Positions 15,662 through 26,564 of a stretch of DNA of 64,000 nt are shown here, one piece after another. The first letter of the stretch is position 1, and each line of letters begins with the position of its first letter. The stretch lies in NCBI RefSeq assembly GCF_053078305.1, contig NZ_CP166879.1, one strand, 5' to 3'. The notes below the pieces were generated by a model, which ran no database searches, was not told the DNA's origin, and worked only from the letters and a program-made list of their open reading frames with translations. The position numbers and the translations under genes were made by a program.

Positions 15662-16675
15662 ATGCGTGTACTGGGTATTGAAACTTCCTGCGATGAAACC
15701 GGCATCGCCATTTACGACGATGAAAAAGGTTTGTTAGCCAACCAATTGTATAGTCAGGTGAAATTGCACGCTGACTACGGGGGCGTTGTGCCTGAGCTGG
15801 CCTCCCGCGATCATGTGCGTAAAACCGTACCGTTGATCCAGGCGGCGCTAAAGGAGTCTGGTTTAACGGCAAAAGACATTGATGCTGTGGCCTATACCGC
15901 AGGCCCTGGATTAGTCGGCGCGCTGCTGGTTGGCGCGACCGTGGGGCGTTCTCTGGCGTTTGCCTGGGACGTTCCGGCGATCCCTGTACACCATATGGAA
16001 GGGCATCTGTTAGCGCCGATGCTGGAAGATAACCCGCCGGAATTTCCGTTTGTTGCGCTGCTGGTTTCCGGCGGTCATACGCAGTTAATCAGCGTGACTG
16101 GCATTGGTCAGTACGAGCTGCTCGGCGAGTCTATCGATGATGCCGCCGGTGAAGCGTTTGATAAAACCGCGAAGCTGCTGGGGCTGGATTATCCTGGCGG
16201 ACCGTTACTGTCGAAAATGGCGGCTCAGGGTACTGCCGGGCGCTTTGTTTTCCCGCGTCCGATGACCGACCGTCCGGGGCTGGATTTCAGCTTTTCTGGT
16301 CTGAAAACCTTTGCGGCGAACACGATTCGTGACAACGGCACCGACGACCAGACGCGTGCTGATATCGCCCGCGCCTTTGAAGATGCGGTGGTCGATACGT
16401 TGATGATTAAGTGTAAGCGTGCGCTGGATCAGACGGGCTTTAAGCGACTGGTCATGGCGGGCGGCGTGAGTGCTAACCGCACGTTACGGGCGAAGCTGGC
16501 TGAAATGATGAAAAAACGCCGCGGCGAAGTGTTCTACGCGCGTCCGGAATTTTGTACTGATAACGGCGCGATGATCGCCTATGCCGGAATGGTGCGGTTT
16601 AAAGCAGGCGCGACGGCGGATCTCGGCGTTAGCGTACGTCCGCGCTGGCCGCTGGCGGAGTTACCGGCTGCGTAA
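15662..16675 (+). CDS. tsaD: tRNA N6-adenosine threonylcarbamoyltransferase
   Basis: 337-aa [23 protein letters not shown]... (Kae1/TsaD family). Confidence 0.97.
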
Positions 16676-16717
16676 AACTATTGGGTGCCGGAGAGCAATT
16701 TCCGGCACCGTCCTCAC

Positions 16718-18181
16718 TTAAAGCAACACCACGGGCATCCACAGTAAGCCGGTAATCACCAGCAACACGAGGAATATCAACCCAAAAATCGCCCCCAGTC
16801 GCCAGTAATCCGCCGTTGGCAGATAACCACTACCGTAGTAAATCGGACTGGGTCCGGTGGCGTATGGTGTAAGAATGCTCCCCAGACCAATTGCCGCGCC
16901 AACCATCAGGCAGAACACCGGCAGCGGGATTTCCGGCATCGCCAGCGCGGCGGCAATCATCATCGGTGCGAGGGCGGAGGTATACGCCGTGGCGCTGGCG
17001 AAAAAGTAGCGCAGTAGATAAAACACCACAATCAACGCCACCATCACCATCGTTGGCGAATAACCGCTTAAGCTGCCTGCTAACAGTTTGCCAAACCAGC
17101 TAATAAAACCGGTGTTGTTGAGTCCGGTCGCGAGGGTGATAAGCGAGGCCAGCCAGAAGAAAACGTTCCACGCCGCTTTATTACTGACAATGTCGTCCCA
17201 ACTGATAATGCGCAGAAGCAGCATCAGCGCCACCACGCTGTAACCGACCATCGCGGCATCGATATAATCACCGCCGAAAATCCACAGCACCAGCGCGCCT
17301 ACCATCAGCCCCAGCATCCGTTTTTCACGCGAACAGAGCGGGCCCATTGCCTGCAGTTCCGTCTCTGCCCAGCGCGGCACCTGATCGCCTGACTTCAGTA
17401 CAGGCGGGTACAACACGTAAGCCAGCCAGGGAATCAGCAGGACCAGTAAAATACTGAGCGGCAACATCCCGAGGAACCAGTCGCCCCAACTCAGCGTGGC
17501 GTGAGATGCACTTTTCATCAGTCCAATTAACAGCAAGTTTGGTGCCATCGCCGTCAGGAAAATGGCGCTGGTCACGCAGTCGGCAACAATCCCCATCCAC
17601 ATGATGTACGAGCCAATGCTGCGTGAACTGCTGTCGTTTGGTTGTGATTGATAGAGCGGCGGCAGGTTACGGATGATGGGATAGATAATCCCCGCACCAC
17701 GCGCCGAGTTGGACGGTGTGACAGGTGCCAGGATCAGCTCGGAGAACATCACCGCATAGCCAAGAAACAGCGTGCGATGCCCCATCTTTTTCACCAGAAT
17801 CAGCGCGATACGTCGCCCCAGCCCGGTTTTTTCATAGCCTGTGCCAAACATAAAGGCGGCGAAAATCAGCCAGATAACCGAATTAGAAAAACCGGAAACG
17901 GCCCACGAGAGGGATTTTGCAGTGAATTTAAAGCCTGGCTGAGCGAGCTGCTCCGGGCTGAACAGCAGCCAGGGAGAGAGTATGGCGATGATGGATATAC
18001 CCACCATCGCCACCACGGCACCCGGCACGGGTTCGAGGATCAGTCCAACGATTACGCCAGTAAAAACGGCAAAGTAGAGCCAGGTATGACTCTCCAGCCC
18101 TGCGGGAACCGGAATTAGAGCAATAATGGCGATGACCGCCAGCGGCGCAAGGTATCGCCACCATTCAGTGGAAGGTTTCAT
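16718..18181 (-). CDS. ttdT: L-tartrate/succinate antiporter
   Basis: 487-aa polytopic membrane ORF next to ttdAB (DASS family). Confidence 0.9.
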   Translation of the reverse strand: MKPSTEWWRYLAPLAVIAIIALIPVPAGLESHTWLYFAVFTGVIVGLILEPVPGAVVAMVGISIIAILSPWLLFSPEQLAQPGFKFTAKSLSWAVSGFSNSVIWLIFAAFMFGTGYEKTGLGRRIALILVKKMGHRTLFLGYAVMFSELILAPVTPSNSARGAGIIYPIIRNLPPLYQSQPNDSSSRSIGSYIMWMGIVADCVTSAIFLTAMAPNLLLIGLMKSASHATLSWGDWFLGMLPLSILLVLLIPWLAYVLYPPVLKSGDQVPRWAETELQAMGPLCSREKRMLGLMVGALVLWIFGGDYIDAAMVGYSVVALMLLLRIISWDDIVSNKAAWNVFFWLASLITLATGLNNTGFISWFGKLLAGSLSGYSPTMVMVALIVVFYLLRYFFASATAYTSALAPMMIAAALAMPEIPLPVFCLMVGAAIGLGSILTPYATGPSPIYYGSGYLPTADYWRLGAIFGLIFLVLLVITGLLWMPVVLL

Positions 18182-18228
18182 CGTGTTATGCCTGCGAAAA
18201 AGGAGAGGGGCGAGCCTCTCCGGGAGGG

Positions 18229-18834
18229 TTATTTGATGTAATGGACGTGCTCGCAGATCTCTTCCACGATGGGATCGCGGCGTTCGGCGAACAGCTTTTT
18301 GTTTTCGGCTATCAGGTTGTTGCCGTGGGTATCAATAGAGACAATCAGCGGGCCGAACTCTTTGACCCGGCAGACCCACAGTGACTCCGGCATCCCGAGT
18401 TCTGTCCAGTGCACCTCTTCAATCTCTTCCACCTGGGTTGCCGCCAGCACCGCGCAGCCTGCCGGGAAAATCACATGTAGCGCCTTGAATTTCTGGCAGC
18501 CTTCTTCGGTCAGCGGCCCCATTCCGCCTTTGCCGACCACCAGTTTCACGCCGGTCTGCTCGATAAATTCACGTTCAAAACTTTCCATACGCATACTGGT
18601 TGTCGGACCGACGGAAACCATCTCCCATTTGTCGCCGTTTTTGCGCACGATGGGGCCAGCGTGGAAAATCGCTTTGCCGTTGAGATCGTAAGGGATCGGA
18701 CGTTTCAGTTCGATCAATCGGCGGTGACAAACGTCACGGCAGGTCACCAGCGTACCGGTCAGATAGATCACATCGCCGACGTGAATATCTTGCAGATCTT
18801 CAGCTTTGATCGGGGTTGTCAGGATCTTTTTCAT
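18229..18834 (-). CDS. ttdB: L(+)-tartrate dehydratase beta subunit
   Basis: 201-aa ORF overlapping the ttdA stop. Confidence 0.93.
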   Translation of the reverse strand: MKKILTTPIKAEDLQDIHVGDVIYLTGTLVTCRDVCHRRLIELKRPIPYDLNGKAIFHAGPIVRKNGDKWEMVSVGPTTSMRMESFEREFIEQTGVKLVVGKGGMGPLTEEGCQKFKALHVIFPAGCAVLAATQVEEIEEVHWTELGMPESLWVCRVKEFGPLIVSIDTHGNNLIAENKKLFAERRDPIVEEICEHVHYIK

Positions 18835-19742
18835 AACGCGCTCCGGGTGTGAGACAGATTTTCAAAGGTGAGATCGGCATGAACTCGCAGTGTGCCGCGA
18901 CGATGCGCCCAGCAGCCGGTAGAAACAGCAACGCCGATGGTTGACGGATGGCGGGCGGCAGATTCGATATGCACGCCCATCACTGAACTGTTGCCAGTCA
19001 GCCCTTGTGGACCAATCCCCAGACGGTTGAGTCCTTCTTCCAGGCGTAGCTCCAGCTCTGCCGCTTTTGGATTGGGGTGGCGGCTGCCAATCGGGCGCAA
19101 AATGGCTTTACGCGAGAGTACGGCGGCGGTTTCCACCGAGGTGGCGATGCCCACGCCCACCAGTACCGGTGGACAGGCGTTTACGGCGAGGGTGGAGATA
19201 TTTTCGAAGACGAATTTCACTACGCCTTCGTAGCCTTCTGACGGCATTAACACTTTCGAGCGGCCAGGTAGCGTGCAGCCGCCGCCTGCCATGTAAACTT
19301 CGATTTCCGCATCGTCACCGTCGGGGACGATATCCCAGGTGACCCACGGTACGCCGCTGCCGGTATTTTTGCCTGTGTTCACTTCGTCAAAAATTTCTAC
19401 CGCATTGTGACGTAGTGGCGCTTTGACGGTTGCCTCTTCCACGGCTTGTTTGAGTATGCTTTGCAGCTCGCCAAGCAGTGGGAAGCGGGAACCGACTTTA
19501 ACGAAGAACATAATCTCCCCGGTGTCCTGACAGGCAGGACGATTCAGGTCAATCGCTTTTTGCATGTTGTCGAACATCGTATGGTAGATAATTTTCCCCA
19601 TCGACGACGTTTCGGCATCCTTTAGCTGTTTTAGTTTATCCACCACGTCATCAGGCATTCGGGTAGAAATCATGGCGGTAAAGTTAGCGACAATCTCCGT
19701 CAACTTATTCACTGCCTGTTGCTTATTACTTTCGCTCATCAT
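18831..19742 (-). CDS. ttdA: L(+)-tartrate dehydratase alpha subunit
   Basis: Start set at [11 protein letters not shown]... (303 aa). The 18 extra N-terminal codons in the track ORF are probably untranslated. Confidence 0.9.
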   Translation of the reverse strand: MMSESNKQQAVNKLTEIVANFTAMISTRMPDDVVDKLKQLKDAETSSMGKIIYHTMFDNMQKAIDLNRPACQDTGEIMFFVKVGSRFPLLGELQSILKQAVEEATVKAPLRHNAVEIFDEVNTGKNTGSGVPWVTWDIVPDGDDAEIEVYMAGGGCTLPGRSKVLMPSEGYEGVVKFVFENISTLAVNACPPVLVGVGIATSVETAAVLSRKAILRPIGSRHPNPKAAELELRLEEGLNRLGIGPQGLTGNSSVMGVHIESAARHPSTIGVAVSTGCWAHRRGTLRVHADLTFENLSHTRSAL

Positions 19743-19948
19743 GGCAACTCCAGTTTCTGTATTTGTCTGGAAAAATTCACCGCCACAAACTACCACTAAA
19801 AATGTGGTTTTATATTTTTTGCCACCGTGAATATGTAATTAACAGTTCGTGAATCAACGCGAAAATAAGTATGAATATTGCGCCAGAGCAGGGAATGGCA
19901 ATGTTTTGCGAAATACACTGCGCTTATCACAACTGCGGATAATTAACG

Positions 19949-20881
19949 ATGCTGAATAGCTGGCCTTTAGCCAAAGATTTGCAGGTACTGGTAGAAATCG
20001 TCCACAGCGGGAGTTTTAGCGCCGCAGCGGCGACGCTTGGGCAGACGCCCGCATTTGTCACCAAGCGGATCCAAATCCTTGAAAATACGTTGGCAACAAC
20101 GCTGCTGAACCGCTCCGCTCGCGGCGTGGCGCTGACTGAAAGTGGTCAACGTTGTTACGAACATGCGCTGGAAATCCTCACCCAATATCAGCGACTGGTC
20201 GATGACGTCACGCAAATCAAAACGCGCCCGGAGGGGATGATTCGTATTGGTTGCAGTTTTGGTTTTGGGCGCAGCCATATTGCGCCAGCCATTACCGAAC
20301 TGATGCGCAATTATCCTGAGTTACAGGTGCATTTTGAATTGTTCGATCGACAAATTGATTTAGTGCAGGATAATATTGATCTGGATATTCGTATTAATGA
20401 CGAAATTCCTGATTATTATATTGCGCATCTTTTGACAAAAAATAAAAGAATATTATGCGCAGCACCTGAGTATCTGCAAAAATATCCGCAGCCACAATCC
20501 CTACAGGAATTAAGTCGTCATGACTGTCTGGTGACCAAAGAGCGCGATATGACCCACGGAATATGGGAGTTGGGGAACGGTCAGGAGAAAAAATCGGTGA
20601 AGGTTAGCGGGCATCTTTCCTCCAATAGCGGCGAGATTGTGCTGCAATGGGCGCTGGAGGGCAAAGGGATTATGCTGCGTTCCGAGTGGGATGTGTTGCC
20701 GTTTCTGGAGAGTGGCAAACTGGTGCAAGTATTGCCGGAGTATGCACAAAGCGCCAATATCTGGGCTGTTTACCGGGAGCCGCTCTATCGCAGCATGAAA
20801 TTACGTGTCTGCGTGGAATTTCTGGCGGCATGGTGCCAGCAACGGCTGGGCAAACCCGATGAAGGCTATCAGGTCATGTAG
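19949..20881 (+). CDS. ttdR: LysR-type activator of ttdABT
   Basis: 310-aa ORF with an N-terminal LysR HTH, divergent from ttdA. Confidence 0.92.
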   Translation: MLNSWPLAKDLQVLVEIVHSGSFSAAAATLGQTPAFVTKRIQILENTLATTLLNRSARGVALTESGQRCYEHALEILTQYQRLVDDVTQIKTRPEGMIRIGCSFGFGRSHIAPAITELMRNYPELQVHFELFDRQIDLVQDNIDLDIRINDEIPDYYIAHLLTKNKRILCAAPEYLQKYPQPQSLQELSRHDCLVTKERDMTHGIWELGNGQEKKSVKVSGHLSSNSGEIVLQWALEGKGIMLRSEWDVLPFLESGKLVQVLPEYAQSANIWAVYREPLYRSMKLRVCVEFLAAWCQQRLGKPDEGYQVM

Positions 20882-20893
20882 ATCCACCAGAAA

Positions 20894-21511
20894 TCACTCG
20901 GGATCCTTTTCGCGCTTTCTTTTGAATTTCGTCCAGATTTTTGTCTCCTGACGACGCCACAGACGCTGGATGTTGTCATGATGACGCAGCAGGATCAGGC
21001 AAGAGAGCATCGAAACCGGGAAGGTGAATTGTGGCTTAAACCACCAGACATAAAACGGAGCAATCAGTGCACTGACAATCGCTCCCAGCGACGAGTATCC
21101 GCTCAATAGCACGGTCAGTAACCAGGTTCCCGCCATTACTCCGGTGAGATCCCAGCCAATGGGTGCGATGGCACCAAAAGCGGTAGCAACGCCTTTTCCT
21201 CCTTTAAATCCGAAGAAAACGGGCCAGATGTGTCCAAGACAGGCGGCGATGGCAATTAAGCCTAGCCAGAAGGGGCTGACACCTAATTCATACGCGCCCC
21301 AGACGGGCAACATTCCTTTCAGAACGTCGAAAATCAGTACTGCTACGGCTGCTCCCTTGCCACCGATACGTAACACATTGGTTGCGCCTGGATTGCCGGA
21401 GCCGCTGGTTCGCGGATCGGGCAGCCCACACAAGCGGCAAACCAGAATGGCACTGGAAATGGAGCCGCAGAGGTACGCGATGAGGATCATTCCAGGCGCG
21501 ATTGCACTCAT
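20894..21511 (-). CDS. plsY: Glycerol-3-phosphate acyltransferase PlsY
   Basis: 205-aa membrane ORF ([10 protein letters not shown] motif). Confidence 0.95.
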
Positions 21512-21615
21512 AAGCTGTTCCGTTTTGAAAATTCGTGTTCAACGATGAATCTGTGGATAATACGCACATTTCGCCGGAAGTGGTATCCGGTTAGCCAAAA
21601 AGCAGGCAGGACGTG

Positions 21616-21984
21616 ATGGATATTGTATTTATAGAGCAACTTTCGGTAATCACCACTATTGGTGTTTACGACTGGGAACAGACCATCGAACAGAAGTTAG
21701 TGTTCGATATCGAAATGGCGTGGGATAACCGTAAAGCGGCGAAAAGTGATGATGTGGCGGATTGCCTCAGCTACGCTGACATTGCAGAAACGGTGGTCAG
21801 CCACGTCGAGGGGGCACGTTTTGCGCTGGTGGAGCGCGTGGCGGAAGAGGTGGCGGAGCTGCTGTTAGCACGCTTCAACTCGCCGTGGGTGCGTATCAAA
21901 CTCAGCAAGCCAGGCGCAGTGGCGCGGGCGGCGAATGTTGGCGTAATCATTGAGCGTGGCAATAATCTGAAAGAAAATAATTAA
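21616..21984 (+). CDS. folB: Dihydroneopterin aldolase
   Basis: 122 aa from MDIVFIEQLSVITTIGVYDWE.... The track ORF begins one codon earlier at a GTG. Confidence 0.93.
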   Translation: MDIVFIEQLSVITTIGVYDWEQTIEQKLVFDIEMAWDNRKAAKSDDVADCLSYADIAETVVSHVEGARFALVERVAEEVAELLLARFNSPWVRIKLSKPGAVARAANVGVIIERGNNLKENN

Positions 21985-22074
21985 TTTTACAGCTGTTAAA
22001 CCAAACGGTTATAACCTGGTCATACTGCAGTAGTTCGGACAAGCGGTACATTTTAATAATTTAGGGGTTTATTG

Positions 22075-22896
22075 ATGAGCGATATGCACTCGCTGCTGAT
22101 AGCGGCAATATTGGGTGTGGTCGAAGGATTGACAGAATTTCTGCCGGTATCCAGCACGGGCCATATGATTATTGTCGGTCACTTGTTGGGGTTTGAGGGC
22201 GACACGGCGAAAACCTTTGAAGTTGTGATCCAGTTAGGATCAATTCTGGCGGTAGTAGTGATGTTCTGGCGGCGTCTGTTTGGCCTGATTGGCATCCACT
22301 TTGGCCGCCCGTTGCAGCACGAAGGAGAAAGCAAAGGTCGTTTAACGCTGATCCACATTTTGCTGGGGATGATTCCGGCGGTGGTACTGGGGCTGTTGTT
22401 CCACGACACGATTAAGTCATTGTTTAACCCGATAAATGTGATGTATGCGCTGGTCGTTGGCGGTTTGTTGCTGATTGCCGCCGAATGCCTGAAGCCGAGA
22501 GAGCCGCGTGCGCCGGGTCTTGATGATATGACCTATCGTCAGGCGTTTATGATTGGCTGTTTCCAGTGTCTGGCGCTGTGGCCGGGTTTCTCCCGTTCCG
22601 GGGCGACCATTTCAGGTGGGATGCTGATGGGGGTGAGCCGTTACGCTGCTTCCGAGTTTTCGTTCCTGCTGGCGGTGCCGATGATGATGGGCGCAACGGC
22701 GCTCGATCTCTACAAAAGCTGGGGCTTCCTGACAAGCGGCGATATCCCGATGTTTGCCGTTGGGTTTATCACCGCTTTTGTGGTGGCGCTGATAGCGATT
22801 AAAACCTTCCTGCAATTGATTAAGCGCATTTCGTTTATCCCGTTCGCCATTTATCGCTTTATTGTGGCGGCTGCGGTGTATGTCGTGTTCTTTTAA
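22075..22896 (+). CDS. uppP: Undecaprenyl-diphosphate phosphatase
   Basis: 273 aa from [30 protein letters not shown].... Confidence 0.95.
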   Translation: MSDMHSLLIAAILGVVEGLTEFLPVSSTGHMIIVGHLLGFEGDTAKTFEVVIQLGSILAVVVMFWRRLFGLIGIHFGRPLQHEGESKGRLTLIHILLGMIPAVVLGLLFHDTIKSLFNPINVMYALVVGGLLLIAAECLKPREPRAPGLDDMTYRQAFMIGCFQCLALWPGFSRSGATISGGMLMGVSRYAASEFSFLLAVPMMMGATALDLYKSWGFLTSGDIPMFAVGFITAFVVALIAIKTFLQLIKRISFIPFAIYRFIVAAAVYVVFF

Positions 22897-22908
22897 TTGA
22901 GGAATAGT

Positions 22909-23063
22909 GTCGGATGCCTGGCGTTGTCCACGATTGCGTAGGCCGAATAAGGCGTTCACGCCGCATCCGGCAATCAACGCCTGATGCGACGCTTGCGCGT
23001 CTTATCAGGCCTACAACTGTCGTTGACGTGTAGCCGGATAAGGCGTTTACGCCGCATCCGGCA
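22909..23063. repeat. BIME (cluster of REP elements)
   Basis: Three REP-like units (ggccgaataaggcgttcacgccgcatccggca, gatgcgacgcttgcgcgtcttatcaggcctac, gccggataaggcgtttacgccgcatccggca). Confidence 0.75.
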
Positions 23064-23076
23064 AAATGCCCAATAC

Positions 23077-24315
23077 TCATTCAGGCTTTGGGCAACGTTG
23101 TTCCTTCCAGCTGGCTACCGCCGCAATCCGCCGTCGGGTCAGCTCCTCGCGAATCTCCACGCCTTTAAATCCCGCTTCAACGACGGCTTTTGTCGGCACT
23201 GACTGCGCCACTTCCCAGGCTTCGCGCAACCAACGGCCTTGCGGGTAGTCCGCTGATTCAAAACCGGTTCTGCCGCGCACGTCAGCCTCGCTGGTCAGCG
23301 CCAGTTGCTCGACACGCTGCGGTTTACGCCAGGCATCGATGGAATCAAATAATTTGACGATGGTTTTTGGGTTCAGCATTGGGAAGGTGTGGATGAGATC
23401 GTGAAACTCAGCCACCAGTCTGGCTAAATCGCGAATTTCATTTGGCACGCGCAGACGCTGGCATAGTTGTTCCACTAACTTAACACCCGCCGGGCCATGA
23501 CCATGATGACGCGGCCAGAGTTCTGGCGGCGTCAGTCCTTTACCGAGATCGTGGCATAAAGTTGCGAAACGGACATCGACCTGCGGACTCAGCATCGCCG
23601 CCATTGAGAGCGTCATTAAGGTATGAATACCCGTGTCGATTTCCGGATGCCACCTGGCAGGGGCCGGAACGCCAAACAGGGCGTCAATTTCCGGGAATAA
23701 AACGCGAAGTGCACCGCAATCGCGCAGTACCTGGAAGAACACCTGGGGATTGCTGGTGGTGAGGGCGCTTTCCGTCTCTTTCCACACCCGTTCAGGCGTC
23801 AGGTGTTCCAGTTCACCCGCATGGGTCATCTCGCGCATCAACGCCAGAGTTTCATCGGCAATACGAAAACCGAGGTGGGCATAACGCGCAGCAAAACGCG
23901 CCACGCGCAGTACGCGTAACGGATCTTCGCCAAAAGCGGGGGAAACATGGCGCAACAGACGATTTTGCAGATCGCCCAGACCGTTGTACGGGTCGATAAT
24001 CTCGCCGTTATCGTCCTGGGCCAGCGCATTAATGGTCAGATCGCGACGCTTAAGATCATCTTCCAGCGTGACATCCGGTGCGGCATAGCAGGTAAAACCG
24101 GTGTAACCGGAGCCGGATTTCCGTTCGGTACGTGCCAGCGCATACTCTTCATGCGTTTGCGGATGCAGAAACACAGGAAAATCGCGGCCTACCTGCTGGT
24201 AGCCCGCGTCGAGCATCTCCTGTGGCGTACTGCCGACCACTACCCAATCTCTGTCTTTGACCGGTAGCCCTAACAATGCATCCCGAACAGCACCACCGAC
24301 CAGATAAATCTTCAC
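23077..24315 (-). CDS. cca: CCA-adding tRNA nucleotidyltransferase / phosphohydrolase
   Basis: 412-aa [29 protein letters not shown].... Confidence 0.97.
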   Translation of the reverse strand: MKIYLVGGAVRDALLGLPVKDRDWVVVGSTPQEMLDAGYQQVGRDFPVFLHPQTHEEYALARTERKSGSGYTGFTCYAAPDVTLEDDLKRRDLTINALAQDDNGEIIDPYNGLGDLQNRLLRHVSPAFGEDPLRVLRVARFAARYAHLGFRIADETLALMREMTHAGELEHLTPERVWKETESALTTSNPQVFFQVLRDCGALRVLFPEIDALFGVPAPARWHPEIDTGIHTLMTLSMAAMLSPQVDVRFATLCHDLGKGLTPPELWPRHHGHGPAGVKLVEQLCQRLRVPNEIRDLARLVAEFHDLIHTFPMLNPKTIVKLFDSIDAWRKPQRVEQLALTSEADVRGRTGFESADYPQGRWLREAWEVAQSVPTKAVVEAGFKGVEIREELTRRRIAAVASWKEQRCPKPE

Positions 24316-24378
24316 GCCATCATCCCTTCGTCAAATACACAATTCCTAATAATAAGACAGTGCAACGAAGAAGGCGAT

Positions 24379-24999
24379 TTAGTTCATCCAGCGATCTTTG
24401 CGTTTGCGGCTTGGGATCAGGTGCGGCAGTACCAGACCGAGCAGCAAGCCAAGCCCCAGCACGCCGCCGCCATACATAAACCATTGCATGATGATGGTGC
24501 GCTGTTTGTCATCCAGCTGTACGCTGGCGGCATCGACCTTTTTCTGCGCGACAATCAGCTCGTTTTTCAGTTTCTGATTTTCTTCTTTTAACCCATTGAT
24601 CACGCTGTCGCTCTGCGCCACTTTTTGCTGCATTTCTGCGGTGCGCTGATTCCAGGTGTTATCGATATTGGTGAGTTTATCGGTCAGGGTTTTGACCTGA
24701 TTTTCCAGATCTGGCACACGGGAGCGCAGGCTTGGCTCAGTGCTAAGTTGTTTCAACGGGATCCAGGCGGTACGGCCAGAGCTGTCTTTCACCTGGGCAT
24801 AATTGGTGTTGGCGTCAGTTTGTAATAAGGTCACTTCCTCGCCGGCGTTAACCGTGCCCACGAGGCGATAATGATCTCCCGGACCGCTGCGGACCCAGGT
24901 ATTCAGTTCGTCGGAAACATAGCGCGTTTCTTCAGCGTGTGAGACGGCAGTCGCGCTAAGTGCGAGTAAAGTTAATCCGATCAGGCGTAATTTTGGCAT
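24379..24999 (-). CDS. ygiM: SH3-domain inner-membrane-anchored protein YgiM
   Basis: 206-aa ORF with a signal peptide, coiled-coil region and C-terminal TM segment. Confidence 0.9.
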   Translation of the reverse strand: MPKLRLIGLTLLALSATAVSHAEETRYVSDELNTWVRSGPGDHYRLVGTVNAGEEVTLLQTDANTNYAQVKDSSGRTAWIPLKQLSTEPSLRSRVPDLENQVKTLTDKLTNIDNTWNQRTAEMQQKVAQSDSVINGLKEENQKLKNELIVAQKKVDAASVQLDDKQRTIIMQWFMYGGGVLGLGLLLGLVLPHLIPSRKRKDRWMN

Positions 25000-25240
25000 C
25001 AGGCTGTCGTTATTGTCATGGAAAGTGGAACGATAGTAGTGGCATCAGTGTCGCTACGCAAAGCATTCGACATCAATCGGAATCCTCTGTGTCAGGTCTT
25101 GCCACTGCTTCAAACTTTTACGCCCGTCAAATTGCCCGTTGCATGGCAATTTGGCGCAAAATACTATCTACTGACAAAAAAGATCGCATTAAGTTCGCCG
25201 TTCATCGTCACTTATGTGACATAACCGATAAGTAAAGGCC

Positions 25241-26542
25241 ATGGCTCAGGAAATCGAATTAAAGTTTATTGTTAATCACAGTGCCGTTGAGGCGTTGCGT
25301 GACCATCTCAATACGCTGGGCGGCGAGCACCATGACCCCGTGCAGTTGCTGAATATTTACTACGAAACGCCGGATAACTGGCTGCGTGGGCACGATATGG
25401 GCTTACGTATTCGTGGCGAAAACGGTCGCTATGAGATGACCATGAAAGTTGCAGGAAGAGTGACAGGCGGCTTACACCAGCGCCCGGAATATAACGTGGC
25501 GTTGAGCGAACCGACGCTCGACCTGGCGCAGTTTCCCTCGGAAGTCTGGCCGAACGGCGAATTGCCCGCCGATCTCGCTTCCCGCGTACAACCGCTGTTC
25601 AGCACCGATTTTTATCGCGAAAAATGGCTGGTGGCGGTCGATGGCAGCCGAATTGAAATCGCTCTCGATCAGGGTGAGGTGAAAGCGGGGGAATTTGCTG
25701 AACCTATCTGTGAGCTGGAACTGGAGCTGCTTAGCGGCGACACGCGCGCGGTGCTGAAACTGGCGAACCAACTGGTATCGCAAATCGGATTACGCCAGGG
25801 CAGCCTGAGCAAAGCGGCGCGTGGCTATCATCTGGCGCAGGGCAATCCGGCGCGTGAAATCAAACCGACCACCATTTTGCATGTTGCGGCAAAAGCCGAT
25901 GTGGAACAGGGGCTGGAAGCGGCGCTCGAGCTGGCGTTAGCGCAATGGCAGTATCATGAAGAACTGTGGGTACGCGGCAACGATGCGGCGAAAGAACAGG
26001 TGCTGGCAGCCATTAGCCTGGTCCGTCATACGCTGATGCTGTTCGGTGGTATTGTGCCGCGTAAAGCGAGCACTCACTTACGTGATTTGCTGACCCAATG
26101 CGAAGCGACCATTGCTTCTGCGGTTTCTGCCGTGACGGCGGTCTACTCTACCGAAACGGCAATGGCGAAGCTGGCGTTGACCGAATGGTTGGTAAGCAAA
26201 GCATGGCAGCCATTTTTAGATGCCAAAGCGCAGGGCAAAATCAGCGACTCCTTCAAACGCTTTGCCGATATCCATCTTTCCCGCCATGCCGCTGAACTGA
26301 AAAGCGTTTTCTGCCAGCCGTTAGGCGATCGCTACCGTGACCAGTTGCCACGCCTGACGCGTGATATTGACTCAATACTGTTGCTGGCGGGTTACTATGA
26401 TCCTGTCGTCGCGCAAGCCTGGCTGGAGAACTGGCAGGGGCTGCATCACGCTATTGCGACCGGGCAACGCATCGAAATTGAACATTTCCGTAATGAGGCA
26501 AACAATCAGGAACCGTTCTGGTTGCACAGCGGAAAACGTTAA
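25241..26542 (+). CDS. ygiF: Inorganic triphosphatase (CYTH plus CHAD domains)
   Basis: 433-aa [14 protein letters not shown]... (the ExExK CYTH signature). Confidence 0.93.
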   Translation: MAQEIELKFIVNHSAVEALRDHLNTLGGEHHDPVQLLNIYYETPDNWLRGHDMGLRIRGENGRYEMTMKVAGRVTGGLHQRPEYNVALSEPTLDLAQFPSEVWPNGELPADLASRVQPLFSTDFYREKWLVAVDGSRIEIALDQGEVKAGEFAEPICELELELLSGDTRAVLKLANQLVSQIGLRQGSLSKAARGYHLAQGNPAREIKPTTILHVAAKADVEQGLEAALELALAQWQYHEELWVRGNDAAKEQVLAAISLVRHTLMLFGGIVPRKASTHLRDLLTQCEATIASAVSAVTAVYSTETAMAKLALTEWLVSKAWQPFLDAKAQGKISDSFKRFADIHLSRHAAELKSVFCQPLGDRYRDQLPRLTRDIDSILLLAGYYDPVVAQAWLENWQGLHHAIATGQRIEIEHFRNEANNQEPFWLHSGKR

Positions 26543-26564
26543 TCAGGCAAGGATAAAATCGCTT

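Noticed and set aside
15660-15872. 70-aa minus-strand ORF opposite the tsaD start
   Set aside because: It is antisense to a highly conserved gene, has no SD and has an Arg/Pro-rich shadow-type composition.
26361-26564. N-terminal 68-codon extension of glnE
   Set aside because: It overlaps the 3' end of ygiF. The recognised GlnE N-terminus [12 protein letters not shown] begins at 26565. The same reasoning trimmed ttdA, ribB, ubiK, zupT, ygiB, tolC, ygiW, ygiS and the periplasmic binding protein.
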